From IMG/VR virus record IMGVR_UViG_3300012988_000001, positions 302,161 through 366,160 of that record: a stretch of DNA of 64,000 bases. One strand, 5' to 3'. The first letter of the stretch is position 1, and every line of letters starts with the position of its first letter. This document shows, in pieces, positions 57,365 through 64,000 of the stretch. The notes under the pieces are model-generated. The model did not search any database. It was not told the origin of the DNA and saw nothing but the letters and a program-made list of their open reading frames with translations. Position numbers and translations under genes: made by a program.

Positions 57365-58518
57365 TCTAAACCTCCCGGTAAATCCAATTTAACAAATGGT
57401 GCATTAACAATCGAACCCTGTCCAACACAGTAACCAACGCAGTATAGAGTACTTTTACCATCTACATCTTGATATAACACGTACATGTTTTTGTTACCAG
57501 ATGAAGTCCCACCGTTACCGCATATGAACTTAATATCACTGGAATTAAAACCACTAGGCATTGCTCTTATATTCACAACACTTCCACTGTTACTGTTAGA
57601 CGAACTAGCAATCGGCAACTGATTTGATGAATACGCACCAAGCATTAGCGTTGTTATTCCTATTCCACATCCAGCAAACGCAGCAACTCGTCTTGGTGCA
57701 TTAGATGCAGCAGTTAAGGTATTATTAAAACTAGCGACACCAGTTAATGAACCACAATGTACCGCCCTACCATCACTCAATATACCAGTACTGAATGTTC
57801 CACCATTCGCCATCTGATAATCTGTATAAGCTAATGTTCCCAATTTAGTGAACGAAAAAAACGTACTAGTTGCAGCAGAACTAATTAATCTGTTACTATT
57901 CGAACCTATACCATATAAGAACCCATCAGTACCCTGAATGATAAAAACAAACCCACTTGCAGTTTGCTCGAATGATATCATTTTTTCAACTGTTACTACA
58001 CTCGATGTGTTTAATCTCCATGTGCGATCTATAACAGTACTGCCATCTGCTAATGTCAACGCTACACTATATAATGTATTATCATATGTTAATATAGCAA
58101 CATAATTTGTATGATTATATATCTGCTTAATACCCTTTGCCAAAATTTCCGCAGGGATATGATCAGTAACATCCAACCATGATAAATTAGATGTTGGTAA
58201 GTTTGGAGTACTAAACTTCGCCGCTAATATTGAACCACATACATATACTTTATCATCATTTGTAACTGCTATTGTACTAGCCAGTCTATTTGAACTAAAT
58301 GATTTAACATTTGAGATATTACTTTTGTACCAACCCTGATTTGCAGTTGAAACAGTTGTCCCAATTCCCATAGACCCACTCGAAGTATATCCAAATGCCC
58401 ACATTTCACCATCAGCCGTTAATAACATCAAATGTGTATCGTTTGCTTGTAAATCTTTAATCTTTTGTAACCCCGCTACGGTATTACCATATTTGCTTAT
58501 TCTAGCAAAAGGTATCAT
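57361..58518 (-). CDS. MIPFARI-family protein, RCC1-like beta-propeller
   Basis: HLMLLTADGEMWAFG..SGSMGIG. Confidence 0.85.
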   Translation of the reverse strand: MIPFARISKYGNTVAGLQKIKDLQANDTHLMLLTADGEMWAFGYTSSGSMGIGTTVSTANQGWYKSNISNVKSFSSNRLASTIAVTNDDKVYVCGSILAAKFSTPNLPTSNLSWLDVTDHIPAEILAKGIKQIYNHTNYVAILTYDNTLYSVALTLADGSTVIDRTWRLNTSSVVTVEKMISFEQTASGFVFIIQGTDGFLYGIGSNSNRLISSAATSTFFSFTKLGTLAYTDYQMANGGTFSTGILSDGRAVHCGSLTGVASFNNTLTAASNAPRRVAAFAGCGIGITTLMLGAYSSNQLPIASSSNSNSGSVVNIRAMPSGFNSSDIKFICGNGGTSSGNKNMYVLYQDVDGKSTLYCVGYCVGQGSIVNAPFVKLDLPGGLE

Positions 58519-58528
58519 GTCTCTCTCC

Positions 58529-59446
58529 TTATGTTAACTTAAATGCTTGTGTTGTCGTTGCACCAGAATTATTCTTTCCACCCATAGTGAGTATAAAATT
58601 ATTCGCACTATTCGCGAATATATTACAGTTCACCAAATAACTAGGAACCGTACCCATAGACTCAATAGAAGAATTACCCGGAACATATGTGTACATATTA
58701 CCAGTACTATAACCAAACAATACAACAATGTCTTTATATGCAGCTATACGCCCTATAGCCTCTGTAGTGCTCAATATGACTCGCCACGTCCCAGACACCG
58801 TATTATACCCCATTAGGTATAACGTGCTCCCTGTGCCTCCCATAACCAATAATTCAGTACCAACCAACACCATGCTCGTTCCCAATGCCATAGGATATGG
58901 GGAAGTGGCTAATGTCGTCCACGTTGAAGTACTGATATCAAATACTGACGCTGTGTTAGCCGCCGCTAATGTACTATAAGAACCAAACAACCACAACTTA
59001 TTATCATAACATACCATAGAAGCATGTAATCTGGCTGCTGGTTTCGTCCCTAAAGTATTAACTAAACTCCACGCATTAGTACTGACATTATATACATATA
59101 AATCGTTCTGCATACTTCCACCCGCTGGTAATGATGTACTACCACCAAATGAATATACTCTGTTATTAACATCATCAAATGCCATTGCTGGTGCACTTCG
59201 GTTTGAACCAAATTGTGCTAGCTGTGTCCAGTTATTAGTACTAGGATTATATCTCCAAAAGTCTCGGTAATATGTATTGGTCAGTACTCCACCCATAGCA
59301 TATATCTCTCCTGTACTCGCCGCACAAAAACCCATCTCCGCTCTTGTACTCATTGCACTGTAAGTCTGTGCTTCGTAATTTCCTAAGAATGAATTTTGTG
59401 GTATAATCACATTCCCGTACTTTACTATCCTCGCAAAAGGTATCAT
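58529..59446 (-). CDS. MIPFARI-family protein, Kelch-repeat beta-propeller
   Basis: IYAMGG..WRYNP..NNW, VYSFGG..YNV..NAW, LLVMGG. Confidence 0.85.
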   Translation of the reverse strand: MIPFARIVKYGNVIIPQNSFLGNYEAQTYSAMSTRAEMGFCAASTGEIYAMGGVLTNTYYRDFWRYNPSTNNWTQLAQFGSNRSAPAMAFDDVNNRVYSFGGSTSLPAGGSMQNDLYVYNVSTNAWSLVNTLGTKPAARLHASMVCYDNKLWLFGSYSTLAAANTASVFDISTSTWTTLATSPYPMALGTSMVLVGTELLVMGGTGSTLYLMGYNTVSGTWRVILSTTEAIGRIAAYKDIVVLFGYSTGNMYTYVPGNSSIESMGTVPSYLVNCNIFANSANNFILTMGGKNNSGATTTQAFKLT

Positions 59447-60156
59447 GAATAAATCTCCTGTACTGTGAATCCGGTAACCGGATACTTCATACCAGCCCGC
59501 ATCCGGTATCTCTCAACTATAGCACTATTTGTAGGAGTACTGTTATATACATCACCACATAAAGTGAAAGCAGCCAACGATCCACCAGTACTTAATACAT
59601 CGTACTGTGCAGTAGGTACACCATCTATATACAAATAATGTCGGTTTATTGACGAATCATACATAAAACAATAATGATGCCACACTGGAGTATTCCATGG
59701 AATTGCAGTGTAATTGTAATATTGAACGTTATTACCTAATTTAAATGTCGCAGAACTACCACTATAATCATTTAATAATTGATATTTGGGAGTACTAGCC
59801 CACGGACCGCTAAATGTATTTAAACAATTAATTGCACCAAAAAATGTATATCCTGATATCAATGTCCGGTGCCAAAAATCTAAAGTATATGATGATGTAA
59901 CCCATTGAACCGGAAAACCATTTTTACCTATAATACTCTTCTTTACTTGTACCCCTGAACCATATGGCATATCAGTTCCAATACTGATAGTAGCTGAACC
60001 AGCAGCACCATTTATATCCTGTACAGTTATCGTATTACCTACATAATCAGTAAACTCTGTACTAGAAAATATAGTACTATCCCATGCCAATAATGATCCA
60101 CTGTACCATGGCAACACAGTGTTCCCGTACTTACTTATTCTCGCAAATGGTATCAT
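59443..60156 (-). CDS. MIPFARI-family protein, LamG/ConA-like domain
   Basis: YTLDFW...WHHYC...LYIDG...ERYRMRAG. Confidence 0.85.
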   Translation of the reverse strand: MIPFARISKYGNTVLPWYSGSLLAWDSTIFSSTEFTDYVGNTITVQDINGAAGSATISIGTDMPYGSGVQVKKSIIGKNGFPVQWVTSSYTLDFWHRTLISGYTFFGAINCLNTFSGPWASTPKYQLLNDYSGSSATFKLGNNVQYYNYTAIPWNTPVWHHYCFMYDSSINRHYLYIDGVPTAQYDVLSTGGSLAAFTLCGDVYNSTPTNSAIVERYRMRAGMKYPVTGFTVQEIYS

Positions 60157-60184
60157 TTCCCCCCTCCATAATTTTCCATTATTA

Positions 60185-60194
60185 CATATTTACC
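60185..60194 (-). promoter_or_regulatory. putative late promoter GGTAAATATG for the MIPFARI array
   Basis: same 10-mer and spacing as at 18675. Confidence 0.55.
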
Positions 60195-60215
60195 CAAATT
60201 CCCCAAAAGATTCTT

Positions 60216-60244
60216 GGGACAAACACCACAAAATGTCCTATAAT
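60216..60244 (+). promoter_or_regulatory. class II promoter
   Basis: GGGACA-N12-TGTCC-TATAAT. Confidence 0.75.
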
Positions 60245-60274
60245 ATCTGTATATAAATCCCGCAAGGAGCAATC

Positions 60275-61288
60275 ATGAATAAACCAAAAAATACACCATT
60301 CTATACCAAATTCATCGCACAAGTATACTCTCACATCATAACCTCCGACGACAATACCGTAGTTATGAATCTCGACAACAATACAATTCTCTCCGTGAAC
60401 TTCAATTCACCTACGTATAAAACACTAAACAATACATTCGTAATGACTAACCCTCCTGTACTACATATCAGTAATACAGAATATAACCTATACGTAAAAG
60501 TAGATACCGAAACCCTTACCGTATCTCTCAGAGACTACAAAACCGATGACCTAATCTATGATGTATCTTTCAACGAAATTAATGCCGTCCAACTACAGTC
60601 AGATGTTAAACAAAGCAAAAAACCATTCATCGACTCAGTGGCTATCGCGTACCAAATCCTTAAGTACATCCCATATGTCACACCAGCATATAACAACGGT
60701 AAAGATAAAATCTTTAATACCGCTAAAGAACTTAAAGCCCATGTAGCAGAATGCATCAATCGTACTATCTTACACTTCAATAATCGCGAACAAGAAATTA
60801 TCCTCAGTACAGAAAAAGATATGCAGGAAATCACCGGAGTAATTGATTACCTCAATAATCTCAGTACTCAAAGCGTTAAAGAAACTAATAGCCTAGAACT
60901 ACAAGTCAAAGCAACAGTCAATGACACCACCTATATCATTAATATCAACGACAAACTCTCAATAGATATTATAGATAAAGAAGATGCAAATATTACCTAC
61001 AAACTACAGTACGACCCAGATAACTCTTCTGTACTACAAGTAATAAACAAAAACTTTAATAACACTATTCATACCATCCCTACATTCATTCTACAGAATA
61101 ACAAAATGGATGAGGAAGAAATTAAAGCACTACGTAGTACATACAAACTATTCGATGCCACTTGTCAAGGTTATCGAATTTTACAACACTTCCATAACTC
61201 TGGTACGTTCTCTATTACAGATAAAGCATATGATATCAAACAACAAGTCTATTCAGCACTAGGGTATACTCCATTTATCCTCAAATAA
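60275..61288 (+). CDS. hypothetical protein (Asn/Thr-rich, G-poor coding strand)
   Basis: AAGGAG SD, 337 aa. Confidence 0.8.
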   Translation: MNKPKNTPFYTKFIAQVYSHIITSDDNTVVMNLDNNTILSVNFNSPTYKTLNNTFVMTNPPVLHISNTEYNLYVKVDTETLTVSLRDYKTDDLIYDVSFNEINAVQLQSDVKQSKKPFIDSVAIAYQILKYIPYVTPAYNNGKDKIFNTAKELKAHVAECINRTILHFNNREQEIILSTEKDMQEITGVIDYLNNLSTQSVKETNSLELQVKATVNDTTYIININDKLSIDIIDKEDANITYKLQYDPDNSSVLQVINKNFNNTIHTIPTFILQNNKMDEEEIKALRSTYKLFDATCQGYRILQHFHNSGTFSITDKAYDIKQQVYSALGYTPFILK

Positions 61289-61495
61289 GTATACGCCAGA
61301 ACGCATAGGAAGCCCGTAGGCAAGACTTCTCTTACACCCTGTACAGGTGTCGCTCCTGTAGATTGCGTCCAGTAGACGCTTATCGAAAGGATTCAACACC
61401 TGTAAAAATACCCAACTGTTGTGTTGTACAGTACTTTTCTTTTTATAATTATACAGGGAATCGTTTCATATGCAACTATTCTCCTGTACTCATGT

Positions 61496-61531
61496 GAGCT
61501 ACGGTAAGCTACGGTAAGCTACGGTAAGCTA
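61496..61531 (+). repeat. 10-bp tandem repeat (AGCTACGGTA) x ~3.5
   Basis: GAGCTACGGTAAGCTACGGTAAGCTACGGTAAGCTAC. Confidence 0.9.
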
Positions 61532-62143
61532 CTGTGAAGTACTCCTTCTGTACTTTACCCCCTTCCGCTATATCTTCTCTTAAAGAGAAGTATAAAGTAC
61601 TGAAAAGTACTTGTACCTTGTTTTGTAAAAGCCCTTTCACCTTTCAGGGAAAGTACCATCGACCCTTGAGCTAAAATCTGGAAAGTACTCCATCCTAAAT
61701 CTCGATCCTAGAAATTTTGGAGTACCTTCCAACCTTCAGCCCAATGTTGGAGTACTGACCAAATCATTAACCGATGCACCAAAAGTACTTGACACGTTTG
61801 TTAGACTATGGTAACATGCCATTAGTGGGAATCCACCCTGCGTGTACGTGTATGTATATAATACCAGTACTGGATAAATTAACAGTAAATTTAATGAAAA
61901 TAATGATTGACATGCTGGTGGGTTTTAGGCATAATAGTTGCCATAGAGTCATGGTTTTCCTTCCATAACTTTTCGTTGAATATAAACAGTACGGCTTACC
62001 CTGCAAGTATTCAGTACTGATATTAAGCTAAGAGGAAGTTCACCACCTATCACCTACCAGACTTCCAATCTGGGAAATGATAAAAAATGTAAGAATAATA
62101 AGAAGGGAGAATCCCCACTGAGAAATACAGTCTATTGAGATTA

Positions 62144-62195
62144 TCAGTACTACAATAGTTACTCCACAAGAATGAGAAGACTATTGTAGTACTGA
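62144..62195. repeat. perfect 16-bp inverted repeat, 20-nt spacer
   Basis: TCAGTACTACAATAGT / ACTATTGTAGTACTGA. Confidence 0.9.
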
Positions 62196-62311
62196 CACTT
62201 TTATGGTAAGATTTGTTGGATGGATTTTGGGTATACTTGTCCTGTACTCTGGACGGATTTTGGGCGTAGTTGTGCTAGTTGCGTTTATACGAATGATAAG
62301 CGTTCTCCTTT

Positions 62312-62413
62312 TGAGAATGGTTCTCGTTTGCATTTGCGAATGAGATTGATTCTCATTTGCTGGTGGAAATGATAATGATTCGCATTAGCCCCTGAGAATG
62401 ATAATGACTATCA
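62312..62413. promoter_or_regulatory. four Fur-box-like 7-1-7 palindromes at 29-bp period
   Basis: boxes start at 62312, 62341, 62370, 62399; best copy TGATAAT-G-ACTATCA. Confidence 0.6.
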
Positions 62414-62509
62414 TTTGCAGTACTGGCCTGTTTTTGCCATTGCCTAGCCTACCGCGACGGAATATATTATTCCGGCAGTATCTCAATTCATCTTTTTTTG
62501 TTCACGGCT

Positions 62510-62593
62510 ATTATCTCAATATATGGGGGAAGTGTCAAGCGTTTATTTTACTAAAAATAGTAGTTGACAGGGTAGCCAGTACTGATATATAAT
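62510..62593. promoter_or_regulatory. divergent sigma70 promoters
   Basis: + strand TTGACA(62564)-N18-TATAAT; - strand TTGACA(62538)-N17-GATAAT. Confidence 0.65.
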
Positions 62594-62618
62594 AATCACA
62601 ACAAAGAGAAATTTGTAG

Positions 62619-62705
62619 CCCACAGGGTGCGGGGGTCTGTCCTTAATTTTTTAAATGCGAATGATTATCATTTCGCTCATATGATACATTTCCGCACCCT
62701 GTGGG
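62619..62705 (+). ncRNA. long hairpin enclosing a fifth Fur-like box
   Basis: perfect 14-bp CCCACAGGGTGCGG/CCGCACCCTGTGGG; TGCGAAT-G-ATTATCA at 62656-62670. Confidence 0.5.
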
Positions 62706-62844
62706 TTCGGGAGTTTCGCCTCCATGTAAAACATTATACGGGTTTCCTGTGCTTGAGTCAACATCTTTTTAAAAGAAAATCGAAAATAATTCCGGTTGTT
62801 TTATCCCTCCAGTACTGGCATACTTAAAGCCTACTATATAAGGA

Positions 62845-63150
62845 ATGAAAACAATGTATCATTTAACATTAGAAAAGCATTTATCTAGCATTTTGGAAAA
62901 GGGTTTAATCCCTGCTATTGGATCGCGTAGTCGGGCGTTTGGTGAAAAAGTGGCGGCGGTATACTTGTTTAAGCACGTTGACGATGCATACGACGCTTTA
63001 GCTAATTGGTACGGGGATGCAGTAGGGGATCAATCTGTTGTACTGTTAGAAGTTGATAGCCAGCGTTTTAGTACTGTAAACGTTGCGTTTGAATATCAGT
63101 GTTTAGAAGTAATAAAAAGTACTGAAATAAAAGTTTTAGAATATCTTTAA
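62845..63150 (+). CDS. putative ADP-ribosyltransferase-fold protein (Tpt1/KptA-like)
   Basis: YHLT....SILEKGLIP....R....VYL....V.LL.V...FEY. Confidence 0.55.
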   Translation: MKTMYHLTLEKHLSSILEKGLIPAIGSRSRAFGEKVAAVYLFKHVDDAYDALANWYGDAVGDQSVVLLEVDSQRFSTVNVAFEYQCLEVIKSTEIKVLEYL

Positions 63151-63229
63151 AAAGTACTTGCATTGTTTTTTCATTCTGTCATAATAGCTCTATCGAAACG
63201 AGATACACAAACACATTAAGGAAAGTATT

Positions 63230-63472
63230 ATGTTACGCATTGTTAAAATGACTCCATCAGTAGGTAAAGCAATTGTTTATGCAGTTGTAGTATCCGAAGA
63301 TAATGCCAACCATTTACACGATTTACTGAGTCGCTTCTTTGAGCGTGAAGGATATCAATTCTTTACTATCTCATATGTTGAACGTTTTGTTTGCCCTTGT
63401 GTGGATATTTCAGAATACAAAGTAACGGCCTTTATGAATGCCGACGAAATGATCTCAAACGGTACTTTGTAA
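63230..63472 (+). CDS. hypothetical early protein
   Basis: sigma70 promoter, AAACACATTAAGGAA leader. Confidence 0.75.
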   Translation: MLRIVKMTPSVGKAIVYAVVVSEDNANHLHDLLSRFFEREGYQFFTISYVERFVCPCVDISEYKVTAFMNADEMISNGTL

Positions 63473-63554
63473 GTTAGTATTAAAAGTACTTGCAAAGTAT
63501 AAGCGAGTACTTTATAATACTTACATACAAACGAAACACATTAAGGAAAGAATC

Positions 63555-64000
63555 ATGGAAAACATCATCGACGTTATCAAAGCAGTATCTTATGACGCAC
63601 TGAATGAAGCACAGAAAGCACAGGCAATTGAGATTATGAGAGATTTAGAAAATCATGACTCTACTCCGTTTTGGTCACAATGCATTCTGGAAGATTGGAA
63701 AGAGCATTTAGAATCAAACTATGGCATCAGTGAAGCCGTGATCTACTGGTCTGGTTTTAGCTCACAGGGCGACGGTGCAAGCATTAGCACAGAGTACTAT
63801 ATTGATATTGAGAAGTTTTTACGCAAATGTAAAGCGTGGTCAAAATTCCGTGTCTTACATAACATTGTAGACCGTGAAGAGATTCACGCAAAGGTTAACC
63901 GTAGCTCAAGCCGTTACAGTCACGAAAACACTGTAGGCGGCAGTGTAGAACTTGATTATAACATTGATTGGACTCCTACCCAAGAAGCGAACGCCGAACG
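63555..64000 (+). CDS. hypothetical protein with YWSGFxSQGDGAS motif (partial, runs off window)
   Basis: open to window end; TTGCAA..TATAAT promoter and shared leader. Confidence 0.75.
   Translation, partial: MENIIDVIKAVSYDALNEAQKAQAIEIMRDLENHDSTPFWSQCILEDWKEHLESNYGISEAVIYWSGFSSQGDGASISTEYYIDIEKFLRKCKAWSKFRVLHNIVDREEIHAKVNRSSSRYSHENTVGGSVELDYNIDWTPTQEANAE

Noticed and set aside
51027-59446. Eukaryotic contamination suggested by RCC1/Kelch/BCS1-like proteins
   Set aside because: Genes are intronless, operonic with SD sites, and share the AT content and AGTACT signature of the rest of the window
61496-61531. Possible CRISPR array
   Set aside because: Contiguous 10-bp tandem units with no spacers; the class I repeats are kilobases apart and are promoters; no cas genes
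61774-62827. Short ORFs in the terminal non-coding region
   Set aside because: No SD, 64-66 aa on both strands, coincide with repeats and operators

Overview
About 64 kb of an AT-rich lytic jumbo-type phage genome, most consistent with an enterobacterial RaK2/GAP32/121Q-like myovirus (inferred from gene style; no database search was possible). No core replication or capsid genes are present. Bases 1-51,000 are densely packed, mostly short + strand accessory genes: Acb2 anti-CBASS protein, orphan HicA, BCS1-like AAA+ ATPase, T7 gp0.7-like kinase, Ntn/proteasome-like protease, sigma70-like factor, three putative endonucleases and many small membrane proteins. They are interleaved with two canonical tRNAs (Gly-TCC, Leu-TAA), several aberrant tRNA-like RNAs and other structured ncRNA candidates, including a ~430-nt multi-helix RNA at 30.27-30.70 kb. 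Bases 51,027-60,156 hold ten - strand paralogues that share only the N-terminal peptide MIPF(A/P)RI(S/V)(K/T)YGN, fused to RCC1-like, LamG-like or Kelch domains. Bases 61.3-62.8 kb are non-coding, with tandem repeats, inverted repeats and four Fur-box-like sites at an exact 29-bp period. Three promoter classes are visible, and the palindrome AGTACT is strongly over-represented throughout the window.
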